Part shown: in pieces, positions 54,390 through 64,000 of the stretch
Layout of the letters: every line of letters begins with the position of its first letter
Position numbering within the stretch: position 1 is the stretch's first letter
Assembly (NCBI GenBank): GCA_963787255.1
Contig: CAWBCJ010000025.1
Location: forward strand, 1-64,000
DNA: 64,000 bases
Reading direction: 5' to 3'
Origin: Methanobacteriota archaeon
Lineage (GTDB): Archaea > Methanobacteriota > Methanobacteria > Methanobacteriales > Methanobacteriaceae
Notes under the pieces: generated by a model
The model's input: the letters and a program-made list of their open reading frames with translations, nothing else
Database searches by the model: none
Told to the model about the DNA's origin: nothing
Made by a program: the position numbers and the translations under genes

Positions 54390-56996
54390 ATCAAGCGACA
54401 CTCGTTGCTTGTAATGCTACTAATTTGTTTAATGGCAATGTCTACCATCGGCAGCTCATTCGCATTAACAAATAGTCAGCAAACAGCGGAAAACATCGTA
54501 AATCCCGCATTAGTTGATCAAAACACAGTAAACAGCCAAAACTCGACTGAAACTGTAAAAAGTAGCACAACAGAAACACAAAATCCAGTACAAAATACTG
54601 AGAGTACGACTCAAACAACAGAGAGTACAACAATTAAAAATAATACAACTCAAACTACAGATGATACAACCACTAATAAACAGGAAAACACACAAAACTC
54701 CGCTCCAACTGCAGATGTTAACAATCAAAATTCAGCAAACACATCTTCAACAAATACTGTAAATTCGAACATTCAAAATACAGTTAATACTCAAGAAGAA
54801 CCACAAGCTGCAGCAGGAGACAATTACACAAATATTAACGGTATCTGGCTAAAAGCCGAAGATGCAGGTAATATTACAGTTAGTGAACTTAAGAATGCAA
54901 ATATCACAGACATATTCGTAAAAACAAACTTAATTTCAGCCCCAACTTATCAAACTGTACTGGGAAGTATAATTACTAAATTCCAGAATTCAGGAATACG
55001 AATCCACGCATGGATTACATGCTTTAAAGATGCTAATGGTAACTGGATTGACCCAGCAAACACCACACAACGTACTTTATTGCTTAATTCAATCACAAAC
55101 ATTGTGAAAAATTATAATATAAATGGTATATTCCTGGATTATGTTAGATACTCTGGAGTTGGAAACAACGCAGCTTACAACACACCCAACGCAACAGCTA
55201 CAATAACATCATTTGTAAGTGATGTAAAAAAAGCAATACAAGCAAATAAACCAAAAACAGCCCTTTCAGCCGCTTTAATGCCCGAAGGAACAAACAATGC
55301 ATACTACTACGGACAAGACTATGGACAACTAGCAAACTATCTTGATTTCCTTGTTCCAATGATATATAAAGGAAATTATGGAAAAGATACAGCCTGGATC
55401 GGTACAACAACTAAATACATTGTTGATCATGCAGGTGGAAAACCAGTAATAGCAGGACTCCAAACATACATCTCAGACTACGACACAACAAAAATAAGTG
55501 CAAATGAACTAAACCAAGACATAAAATCAGCAACAAACAATGGAGCATCTGGATATGTATTATTCAGATATGGAATGATCAGTCAAGAATTTTTAAAGCC
55601 ACCAAGCTTTACTCTAAGTGAAATCAAGGATGCATCAGCAAGAATCAAAGCATACATAGAAACCAATAAAATAGTGCCAAGCTTTGTAACCATAGGTACT
55701 ACTCAAGTAAAAATGTCTGATTTCCTTAAATTAATGACAACCAGCTTACTACAGTTAAACAGCGGAAAAACTACCCCATTAACACTTAAAAATGTTAATG
55801 CTCCACAAGATTCCATAGAATCATATACAAGTGGAAACATCGACAAAGCAGGATACTTAGATATTGCAAACAGAATCAATGCATTTATTGATGCTAATGG
55901 TAAAGCACCAGGCTCTGCTACAACAACACTAGGAAAAATTTCCTATGAATCTTTAGTTTACATGTACGCAAAGATCCTGAACTTCAGTAACACAAACAAC
56001 GCACTACCAACCTATGTTTCAATGAATCCAACAATGAAAATCGCACCACCAAAAGTAAGCACACCTACAACAACCACATTCAGTTTGGATCAAATTAAAA
56101 AAGCAGCATCCAATGTCAAAACATACATTGAAACCAATAAAGCACTACCCAACTTTGTAACCGTAGGTACCGTACAAGTCAAAATGACTGACTTCTTAAG
56201 ATTAGTACTTATAGGTACAATTGAAGCAAAAGACGGTGTAAAAGCACCAGTATCACTTAAAACAGTAAAAGGACCAGCGACACCAAGTGAAAGCATTAAA
56301 AGCGGAACTATCAATCAAGCAGATTACATGGACCTTGCAAAAAGAGTCAAAGCATTCATAGATGCCAACGATGCAATACCAAATCATGCAACAACTACGC
56401 TAGGTGAAATCAAATTAGAATCTTTAATTTACATGTATTCAAAGATTCTTGGCTTCTACAACACAAACAACGCACTACCAACCTATGTTTCAATGAAACC
56501 ATGGAGCGAAGTCGCACCATCAGCAGCACCAGTACCAGCAGAACTACAGCAATACCTTGCAGCAACAGCGAACTGTCAGGTAAACAACGCACAAATCCAA
56601 GCACTTGCATACTCATTAACCAAAGGTAAAACATCAGCATACGATAAGGCAGTAGCAATTTTCAACTATGTTAGAGATAATATAGGATATTCCTTCTATT
56701 ACAACACCAAATATGGTGCAGTAGGAACTATAAATGCAGATACTGGTAACTGTGTAGATACAGCTCACCTCGTAATAGCTCTTTCTAGAGCAGCGGGATT
56801 ACCAGCAAAATACGTGCACGGTACTTGTCAGTTTACAAGCGGAAACTGGTACGGACACGTCTGGGCCCGAATATGGGTGGACGGTAAATGGTACGCAGCA
56901 GATGCAACAAGTTCTAGAAACACATTTGGTGTAGTAAATAACTGGAATACAGGGACTTACACATTAAGAGGCATATATACTTCATTACCGTTCTAA
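54390..56996 (+). CDS. Secreted putative glycoside hydrolase + pseudomurein-binding repeats + transglutaminase-like peptidase
   Basis: Intact ORF (track start 54405; start homologous to the paralog is ATC at 54390); GIFLDYVRY; GNCVDTAH, GHVWA, WYAADA. Confidence 0.88.
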   Translation: MKRHSLLVMLLICLMAMSTIGSSFALTNSQQTAENIVNPALVDQNTVNSQNSTETVKSSTTETQNPVQNTESTTQTTESTTIKNNTTQTTDDTTTNKQENTQNSAPTADVNNQNSANTSSTNTVNSNIQNTVNTQEEPQAAAGDNYTNINGIWLKAEDAGNITVSELKNANITDIFVKTNLISAPTYQTVLGSIITKFQNSGIRIHAWITCFKDANGNWIDPANTTQRTLLLNSITNIVKNYNINGIFLDYVRYSGVGNNAAYNTPNATATITSFVSDVKKAIQANKPKTALSAALMPEGTNNAYYYGQDYGQLANYLDFLVPMIYKGNYGKDTAWIGTTTKYIVDHAGGKPVIAGLQTYISDYDTTKISANELNQDIKSATNNGASGYVLFRYGMISQEFLKPPSFTLSEIKDASARIKAYIETNKIVPSFVTIGTTQVKMSDFLKLMTTSLLQLNSGKTTPLTLKNVNAPQDSIESYTSGNIDKAGYLDIANRINAFIDANGKAPGSATTTLGKISYESLVYMYAKILNFSNTNNALPTYVSMNPTMKIAPPKVSTPTTTTFSLDQIKKAASNVKTYIETNKALPNFVTVGTVQVKMTDFLRLVLIGTIEAKDGVKAPVSLKTVKGPATPSESIKSGTINQADYMDLAKRVKAFIDANDAIPNHATTTLGEIKLESLIYMYSKILGFYNTNNALPTYVSMKPWSEVAPSAAPVPAELQQYLAATANCQVNNAQIQALAYSLTKGKTSAYDKAVAIFNYVRDNIGYSFYYNTKYGAVGTINADTGNCVDTAHLVIALSRAAGLPAKYVHGTCQFTSGNWYGHVWARIWVDGKWYAADATSSRNTFGVVNNWNTGTYTLRGIYTSLPF

Positions 56997-57063
56997 AGGT
57001 AGATAAGTATATAAACTTTTTTTTCTTTTTTTTAGGATTATAATTATATATAAATTTGAATTA

Positions 57064-59133
57064 TTAAAAATCAGTATCTAATTCTTTATTTTGGAATTTA
57101 ATTATAAATTGTGTCCCATTATTTCTAGTAATTTCCATAGCACCTTCAAGCTGATTTACCAGCGCATTAACCAGCTTTAACCCAAGTGAATCTATATTTT
57201 CAATATCTATATTTGAGGGTAAGCCAATTCCATCGTCTTTAACCGACAAAATATAATTATTACCTCTTCTAGAAAATTTTACATTAATATTTCCTTTTTC
57301 ACTTTCATTAAAGGCATGTTTAATGATATTAGATATAAGTTCATTTATAATCAAACCGCAAGGAATTGCAGTGTTAATATCTAAATAAACATCCTCAACA
57401 TTAATGTTGGTTTTAATAAGCGTTTTATCCATATGATAGGAGCCTTCAAGTTGCTTCATTAAACTTTTAATGTAATCTTCAAAATTGATATTATCAAAGT
57501 TTTTAGACTGATATAATTGCTCATGAACCATTGCCATAGCTTTGATACGCCCCTGACTTTCATTTAAAACATTTAAAGTTTTTTCTTCGTCAATATGTCT
57601 TGATTGAAGGCTTAAAAGACTGGAAATTATCTGCATGTTATTTTTAACTCTGTGGTGGATTTCCTGCAAAAGAACATTTTTTTCCTCTAATGATTTCTTT
57701 ATTTTTTCTTCAGCTTCTTTTGTATCAGTTATATCTGTTATAAACCCTTCCAAAGCCATTAAATCGCCTTTTTTAGAGAAAATACCTCTTCCTTGCTCCC
57801 ATACATACTTTTCTTTTGAATCTGCCGTGTTTATTCTATAAACTAGTTTAAAAGCTTTATTTTCTTTTAAAGCTTCCTGAATACAGTCCCATACTTGTTC
57901 ACGATCATCTTGATGTATTATATCGCTATATGAAATTTTATTATTCATTATCAAGTCCTCAGGCATATATCCAGTTAGTTCCATGCAACCCTCACTTACA
58001 AATTCCATTGTCCATTTAGGATTATTAAGGCACTTGTAAGCAACCCCTGGTAAATTACTTATTAGAGTTTTTAAAGTCCTTTCTTTTTCTTTTAAGGCAA
58101 ATTCAGACTTTTTACGTTTATCAACATCCGTAATTATGATTAGCTGCCCACATAACTTGTTTTCATTACAGTATAACGGTGTTCTTTGAACTTCCACCCA
58201 TTTTTCCACGGGATTATTTAAAATAATTTCTTCCTTATTAGAATCTAGATCATAATAAAATGATTTAAATTCATCCCATTTACCGAATATATCCCTAAAA
58301 TTTCCCCCTACACTTTTTGAATCTGTTTTAAGCATCTTTTGGGCAGCAATATTTATTTCCAATAAATGATCATTTTTATCAAATATTAAAAATCCGTTAT
58401 TCATATTCTTAAAGAGTTTATTATATGCAACAGGTATTATATCCAGTAACTGAAACTTAAACACACCTAATGCAGCTAATAATCCAGTTATAGCAAATGC
58501 AAGGGGTGTTAAATCAACAGGGTTATCTGAAAGTCCAAATAAGTAGATTATATTGAAAACAAATGGAAAAGCAATGGCTATTAATAAAATTGTTAACTGT
58601 AATCTATATATTTTAGAAGAATTGATAAAGTGATATGCTAGCAGTACTATTCCTAGGGATAATAACGAATAAGCATAAAAAAGGTTGATCCAGACAGCTA
58701 ATCCATGATCATAGACCGGAATTACCAAACCACTGGTAAAAATTAGGTTAATATTTTCCCATATTAAACCGTTCCACTCATTTGTAAATGCTAAAAATGT
58801 AATGATAATAGGCAATATCATTAAAAAGATCACATATATGTTTTTTAATTGTTTTTCATTTCTTATGTAACTAATAACAAATAAAAATAAAAATGGGGCG
58901 ATAGTTGTAATTCCAATATAACTAATTTTAGCCCAAAAGATTTTTAATCCAATTTCAGGCGATATAAATTCCATTAAAGAACAAAATGACCATATTGCTA
59001 TGGAAAACATGGAAAGAATAAAATAGGTATGTAATCTGCTGGATCGCTTTTTTAGACCATATAACATTAGAAAAAATGCTATTAAGAACGTTGTTGTAAA
59101 TCCTGCAGCATAAAAAAAGTATGCTTCATTCAT
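57064..59133 (-). CDS. HisKA_7TM-PAS-PAS HisKA_2-type histidine kinase
   Basis: 7-TM N-terminus, [35 protein letters not shown]. Confidence 0.9.
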   Translation of the reverse strand: MNEAYFFYAAGFTTTFLIAFFLMLYGLKKRSSRLHTYFILSMFSIAIWSFCSLMEFISPEIGLKIFWAKISYIGITTIAPFLFLFVISYIRNEKQLKNIYVIFLMILPIIITFLAFTNEWNGLIWENINLIFTSGLVIPVYDHGLAVWINLFYAYSLLSLGIVLLAYHFINSSKIYRLQLTILLIAIAFPFVFNIIYLFGLSDNPVDLTPLAFAITGLLAALGVFKFQLLDIIPVAYNKLFKNMNNGFLIFDKNDHLLEINIAAQKMLKTDSKSVGGNFRDIFGKWDEFKSFYYDLDSNKEEIILNNPVEKWVEVQRTPLYCNENKLCGQLIIITDVDKRKKSEFALKEKERTLKTLISNLPGVAYKCLNNPKWTMEFVSEGCMELTGYMPEDLIMNNKISYSDIIHQDDREQVWDCIQEALKENKAFKLVYRINTADSKEKYVWEQGRGIFSKKGDLMALEGFITDITDTKEAEEKIKKSLEEKNVLLQEIHHRVKNNMQIISSLLSLQSRHIDEEKTLNVLNESQGRIKAMAMVHEQLYQSKNFDNINFEDYIKSLMKQLEGSYHMDKTLIKTNINVEDVYLDINTAIPCGLIINELISNIIKHAFNESEKGNINVKFSRRGNNYILSVKDDGIGLPSNIDIENIDSLGLKLVNALVNQLEGAMEITRNNGTQFIIKFQNKELDTDF

Positions 59134-59217
59134 AGAATAACCCGCCAGTGTTTTACTAACATCACTAATAAATATCATTGCTGTTATTAATTATTATCTA
59201 TTATCATAAAAATTAAG

Positions 59218-59679
59218 CTATTTTAAACATTTTTTAAATATTTTTTCATCAAATTCCATATTCTTAATCTTATATATTATTTTACATGAACTATCAAGGG
59301 GCGAATTTTTGTATTCAGTAACCTTGATAACGTCTGCATCAATATTTCTTATTTTAAGGTCTGCCTTAAGCTTAGGAATGTCAAATTTTTGATCGGGACC
59401 AATTGCAATTATATCAGGATTTATTTCTTTAACGATCTGGAACATATCTCCTTCATATCCTAAATAAGCTTCATTTACAGGTTTTAACATCTTCACAACT
59501 TCAAGACGCTGTTTTTCATTTATTACGGGAACTCTTTTTCTAGCTTTTACTGTGGAATCTCTTGCAATCACTACGATAAGTCTTGCATCTTCTCCACCGA
59601 GTTTTTTTGCCTCTTCAAGATATAATCCATGCCCGGGATGTATAATGTCAAATGTTCCTGTAGCCATCACTGTTTTCAT
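59218..59679 (-). CDS. ribL: Archaeal FAD synthase
   Basis: [29 protein letters not shown]. Confidence 0.88.
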   Translation of the reverse strand: MKTVMATGTFDIIHPGHGLYLEEAKKLGGEDARLIVVIARDSTVKARKRVPVINEKQRLEVVKMLKPVNEAYLGYEGDMFQIVKEINPDIIAIGPDQKFDIPKLKADLKIRNIDADVIKVTEYKNSPLDSSCKIIYKIKNMEFDEKIFKKCLK

Positions 59680-59822
59680 TTGTTCACCTTGTTTTAAAAA
59701 TATAATAAAATAGAAAAAATGGATTAAACTATTTAGTTTACTATTATTTATCTGTGTATTATGATTCTCTTTTTTTATAAAAGTAAATATATTTCTTTAA
59801 TAAATTAGATAAAAGTATTATT

Positions 59823-61062
59823 ATGAAATTGTTGAAGGGAATTGGAACCAGTTCTTACATCGGTGTGGGAAAAGTTAGAAAAATAGAAAATGATGAGGAT
59901 ATTTTTAAAATTAAAGAAGGAGAAATAGTAGTAGTTTCCAGAGGCATCAAGAGACATGCTTTTACACCTTCAAAAGGCGGGCGGTGTTGTAACAGATTAT
60001 GGGGGAATAACAAGCCATGTAGCTATTGTACTTAGGGAATTAAGAGTTCCCTGTATTGTTGGAACCCTAAATGGAACGGAAGTTCTAGAAAACGGTATGA
60101 TTGTCACTGTTGATGGAAGAACAGGTAATGTTTATCTGGGATTCATGGAATTTGAAGGTGAAAAAGAGCTTTTGGAAGTATACAATCCTGCAACAAAAAT
60201 AAAAGTGAATTTGAACGTTCCTGAAATTGCAGAAAGTGCAGAACCATTTTCTGACGGTGTTGGATCAATAAGAATTGAAAACATGATTGTAAGGACATTG
60301 AAACACCCTGATTTACTTTTAAAGGAAGAAATATTAACTGATACTATATCTGACGGCGTAAGAAAAATTGCAGACGCGTTTTACCCAAAACCTGTCTGGT
60401 TTAGAACATTTGATATACCTACAGATGAGCTAAAACGTTTAAAAGGGAGTGATGCTGAACCTTATGAGTCCAATCCTCTTTTGGGGCTTAGAGGAATACA
60501 TAAAGATTTGAAAAATATATCTATATTAAAAGCAGAATTCAAGGCAGTTAAATATCTTATAGAAGAGGGATATGATAATTTAGGCATTAAAATTCCATTT
60601 TCAAGAGATATTTGCGAATACATTTTATTTAAGAAAATTTTAAGGGAATGCGGATTAAAACCACATAAAGACATCGACATTGGTGTTTCTGTAGAAACTC
60701 CTTCAGTGGTTCTTACTTTTGATGAGTTTATAAAGGAAGGAATGGATTTCATGACTCTGGGAATGAGTGATCTGGCCATGTGCGCTTTAGCAATAGATAG
60801 AAGGAGTGTTAAGGTGGCTAAACATTTTAACTTATCACATCCTGCAGTTTTAAGGATGGCCGAGATTGTAATTAGAAAATGCAATCAAAATGGGATAGAA
60901 AGTTGTATCTGCGGACATGCCGGTGGAGATCCAGAAATAGTAAAAAAACTGGTTGAAATGGGAATAAGCTGTATTTCAACAAATCCCGATCAGATATTAA
61001 AAATACGAAAAACAGTTTATAATACAGAAGATAAGATCATAATGGATGGATTTACCCGTTAA
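59823..61062 (+). CDS. PEP-utilising protein: phosphohistidine swivel domain plus PEP-binding barrel, no ATP-grasp domain (frameshift ~59940)
   Basis: GGITSHVAIV.RE, ESNPLLGLRGI, VETP, GMSDL, CICG. Confidence 0.8.
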
Positions 61063-61188
61063 TATAGTAATCAATATCTTTTAAAAGATAAAAGGAATTT
61101 TAATATTATTATTTGTTTATAAATGAGAAAATTATATTCAATTATTTATTTTTAGGTAAAGGCTTTCAAAATTTCATTATAATGGCTC

Positions 61189-61938
61189 TCATTCGTATTT
61201 AAGGGCTTCTTCAAAACTTATCTTGCCTTTATATAACGCTGAACCTACTACAACTCCTGCAGCGTCTGTTTCACTGACTTTTTTAATATCTTCAATTGAA
61301 GTAATTCCTCCCGAATAAATAACAGGTATATCTACTGCATTTAATAATTCAAGAAGCGGATCAACGTCAAATCCTTTTAAAAGACCTTCATAATCAACAT
61401 TTGTAAATAATATGCCTCCAGCTCCATGTTCTTCAAATATTTTTCCATATTCCGGTGCACTTTTAGACGTTTTTTCAGTCCATCCTTTTACAACTACCAT
61501 AGAATCTTTACTATCTAGTGCAACAATGATACGTTCACTTCCAAACTCACTTGACAGTTCTTGGACAATTTCAGGGCTTTCTATGGCTATAGTGCCTAAA
61601 ATCACTTTATGAACACCCATTTCAAGTAATCTTACAGCATCTTCTTTTGTTCTTATGCCTCCCCCCATCTGCACAGGAACAGTTACTTGGCTGATTATTT
61701 TCTTTATTACCTCTACATTCTTTTTATTATCTCCAAATGCCCCATCCAAGTCAATTACGTGTAATATGCGCGCACCCCGATTTTCCCAATCCATTGCAAC
61801 TTCATGAGGATTTTCAATAACAACCTGCTCGGTACCAGGCTCCCCTTGAACTAACTGAACGCATTTACCGTTTTTAATATCGACTGCAGGAATAATTAAT
61901 GTAGATAAATTTGAATGTGGATTTTTAATGCTTGTCAT
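61189..61938 (-). CDS. hisA: ProFAR isomerase HisA
   Basis: [37 protein letters not shown]. Confidence 0.95.
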   Translation of the reverse strand: MTSIKNPHSNLSTLIIPAVDIKNGKCVQLVQGEPGTEQVVIENPHEVAMDWENRGARILHVIDLDGAFGDNKKNVEVIKKIISQVTVPVQMGGGIRTKEDAVRLLEMGVHKVILGTIAIESPEIVQELSSEFGSERIIVALDSKDSMVVVKGWTEKTSKSAPEYGKIFEEHGAGGILFTNVDYEGLLKGFDVDPLLELLNAVDIPVIYSGGITSIEDIKKVSETDAAGVVVGSALYKGKISFEEALKYE

Positions 61939-62048
61939 GATACCATTCCATTAATACCTTTTTATAATATATAATAGTGGTTTTTATCCAAAATATAAAT
62001 ATATCATTATGAAATAATCTAAAAAAAAATTTTATAAAAAAAAGTATA

Positions 62049-62477
62049 TTATGGTAATTTTAACATATTGAACCAGTAATCTTCAAGATTTTTCATAGTT
62101 TCAATAAAACGACCAACATTAGCGGGCTTAACTATATAAGAGTTAGCATGATGAGCATAAGTTTCGTGGATATCCTCTTCAGTGCTTGAAGTAGTTAAAA
62201 TAACTACAGGGATGTGTTTTAAATCATTGTCATTTTTAATTTCTTTTAGAACTTCCCTTCCATCTTTACGGGGTAAATTTAAGTCAAGTAAAATTAGATC
62301 AGGAACAGGAACATCTTTATAATTTTCCCCATGTTTTAAAAATTCCATGGCATCTACACCGTCTTTAACTACATTTAGTTCTGTATTTATTTCTGATTCT
62401 TTAAAAGCCTCTTCTACTAAACGGATATCAGCCGGATTATCTTCTATAAGCAAAATTATAAATGTTCTAACTAACAT
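62049..62477 (-). CDS. Single-domain response regulator (Rcp1-like)
   Basis: LLIEDNPAD, LILLDLNLP, ILTTS, YIVKP, YW. Confidence 0.9.
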   Translation of the reverse strand: MLVRTFIILLIEDNPADIRLVEEAFKESEINTELNVVKDGVDAMEFLKHGENYKDVPVPDLILLDLNLPRKDGREVLKEIKNDNDLKHIPVVILTTSSTEEDIHETYAHHANSYIVKPANVGRFIETMKNLEDYWFNMLKLP

Positions 62478-62569
62478 GATTCTATTTTATATATTTATCA
62501 ATTATTAGTTAATAAATCTTTTATTCAAAAAAAATATATATAATCGTTTAAAAAAAATCCAATAAGACT

Positions 62570-62698
62570 TATGATTTTCCATCTCTTCGGTATTTATATC
62601 CAAAATAGTTCAAGCATTGATGGATTAAAATCCTGAAATTTGTAGTCAATGAGGGTAAATAGATTGCATCAGTTAATTCTTCAAATATTAATATCCAT
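62570..62698 (-). pseudogene. Degenerate PAS-domain relic
   Basis: Minus strand reads IFEELTDAIY / DYKFQDFNPSMLELF / GY..EEM across shifts. Confidence 0.5.
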
Positions 62699-62852
62699 AT
62701 TTTTTAAAAAATAATAATTAAATGTCAGATTAATTACTGATATTAGTATAATATTTTAAAATAAGGAATCATAAATCTTAATCAATATAAAAAAAATTCA
62801 TGCGTTAAACTTTTCAAGGCTTTGTTTTTTCCTTTGAAGTGGAAATTGCTTT

Positions 62853-63071
62853 TTATTTACTATTTTTCAATGCAATTTTACTGGTAACCATGGTTTTAGC
62901 AGATAAGAGATATCTGTCTTTTCCATCATTTTTTTCAATCTTTAATTCTATTTTTTGAAGTAAAGACTCTAAATCTTCAACTTTGCAATTGTTTATTTCG
63001 TCTATTAAATCATCATATAAATTATCATTTTTCTTACTTTTTTGAGTATTTTGGTTTCTAAACAATCCCAT
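62853..63071 (-). CDS. Small helical protein, paralog of 11856-12035
   Basis: CKVEDLESLLQKIELKI...LLSAKTMVTSKIA; gaggt RBS. Confidence 0.8.
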   Translation of the reverse strand: MGLFRNQNTQKSKKNDNLYDDLIDEINNCKVEDLESLLQKIELKIEKNDGKDRYLLSAKTMVTSKIALKNSK

Positions 63072-63378
63072 TTAATTCATACCTCTAAAATTTTTTTACT
63101 ATACCCTATATTATACCATTAAGTATTTAGTTTTTTTTATTGCAGTACATAATTATTTTTTAATTAGATAATAGCAAAATATTTACAATTAAATCAAAAA
63201 AATACGGAATTTCCAAATCTTTATTTTTTTTATAATAATACATTTCTTGTTTAATGAAATTTAATAAAAAACATTATAATGTACAATATATTTTTATCAT
63301 TTTATCATCATAATATAAAATCAGAAAAAGTCATCTTCTTTTAAGAAGATATTATCTATCAATCTGTGAGGGAAAAAT

Positions 63379-63798
63379 ATGAAATCTTTAGAAATAACTG
63401 GAAATATGGATTCTAGAAGAAAATTACTAATGAGTTTATTTTGGACCAACAGGAAAAGTGTAAGAACTGAGGGCTGTTCACCCTTTTTAATAGAAAAGAT
63501 AACTACAGATGATAACACTTACACTGCAAAAAAAGATGAATTCCTTAAATTATCTGGTGATATTCTAGACGAAGTTTTAAGTAAAATAGAAAATAAAAAA
63601 TCAGTAGAATTCCAAATAAAACTTGGAGAAGAAGATATTAAGGCTTCTTTTAAAGATAACGTATTTTCTGTAGAAACAACTAAAACTAAAGAATTAGAAG
63701 ATGAAATAATTGAAAAATTGAAGCAGGAAGAAAAAAGAAAATATCCAAACATCTGCTTTTCCTTCCCCCCAAGAGTGGGAATTCGTAAATATCCTTAA
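63379..63798 (+). CDS. Hypothetical protein
   Basis: 139-aa ORF with gaggg RBS. Confidence 0.7.
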   Translation: MKSLEITGNMDSRRKLLMSLFWTNRKSVRTEGCSPFLIEKITTDDNTYTAKKDEFLKLSGDILDEVLSKIENKKSVEFQIKLGEEDIKASFKDNVFSVETTKTKELEDEIIEKLKQEEKRKYPNICFSFPPRVGIRKYP

Positions 63799-63915
63799 AA
63801 TACTACTCTATTTCTTTTTTTATATAAAGATCAAATTCAATAAATTCCTAAGTAGCGGCAAAACATATCTATTAATAACTATTTATATCCAGAACCATTT
63901 CAGGTGAACAGTAAA

Positions 63916-64000
63916 ATGAGAAAAGTGGCTTTAAAAATAGCTTACATAGGAACAGATTTTCACGGATTTCAAAGACAACCCCACCATAAAACCGTAGAAG
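63916..64000 (+). CDS. truA: tRNA pseudouridine(38-40) synthase, 5' part
   Basis: [22 protein letters not shown]...TVE; aggtga RBS. Confidence 0.88.
   Translation, partial: MRKVALKIAYIGTDFHGFQRQPHHKTVE

Noticed and set aside
4941-61062. Programmed frameshifting, phase variation or mass pseudogenisation
   Set aside because: Single-base shifts also hit housekeeping-type genes (SIS, cadA, PEP-utilising protein) with no common slippery motif; long-read indel error is the simpler explanation until reads are checked
14117-63752. Many short antisense ORFs in the track (e.g. 15549-16004, 32397-32762, 41786-42271, 60462-60884)
   Set aside because: They lie opposite well-supported genes and show no motifs or RBS
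1-64000. tRNA, rRNA, transposase or integrase marking island boundaries
   Set aside because: No cloverleaf, rRNA-like or recombinase motifs recognised; the island may extend beyond the left edge

Overview
AT-rich archaeal DNA, most likely Methanobacteriales (Methanobacterium-like): pseudomurein-binding repeat proteins, ThiN, RibL, archaeal NOG1 and TrmB are all present. Bases ~1-40700 form an accessory signalling/metal-resistance region. It holds an orphan CheB-CheR fusion, eight Cph1/COG4251-type (SHDLQEP) histidine kinases built from interchangeable PAS modules (some visibly GC-rich), stand-alone and pseudo-receivers, cadD, a ZIP transporter, cadC-cadA, and relics of an RM/Mrr locus. Bases ~40800-64000 are mostly core-type genes: NOG1, Hsp20, SIS protein, a ThiN-HIT fusion, an acetate transporter, three cell-surface glycoside hydrolase/pseudomurein-binding proteins, a HisKA_2 kinase, ribL, a PEP-utilising protein, hisA and truA. 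Many genes, including housekeeping ones, carry frameshifts, which points to long-read indel errors, so pseudogene calls are tentative. Best leads: (1) chemoreceptor-like EExxA[S/T] heptads of variable copy number in ordinary kinases beside a CheB-CheR with no MCP in the window; (2) PAS-module mosaicism with nucleotide-conserved junctions; (3) ThiN-HIT as a candidate ADP-thiazole hydrolase; (4) a dispersed ~110-140 bp element carrying the 5' stub of an uncharacterised gene; (5) putative bifunctional pseudomurein hydrolases with a shared 5'-UTR hairpin. No database searches were run; family calls come from motif recognition.
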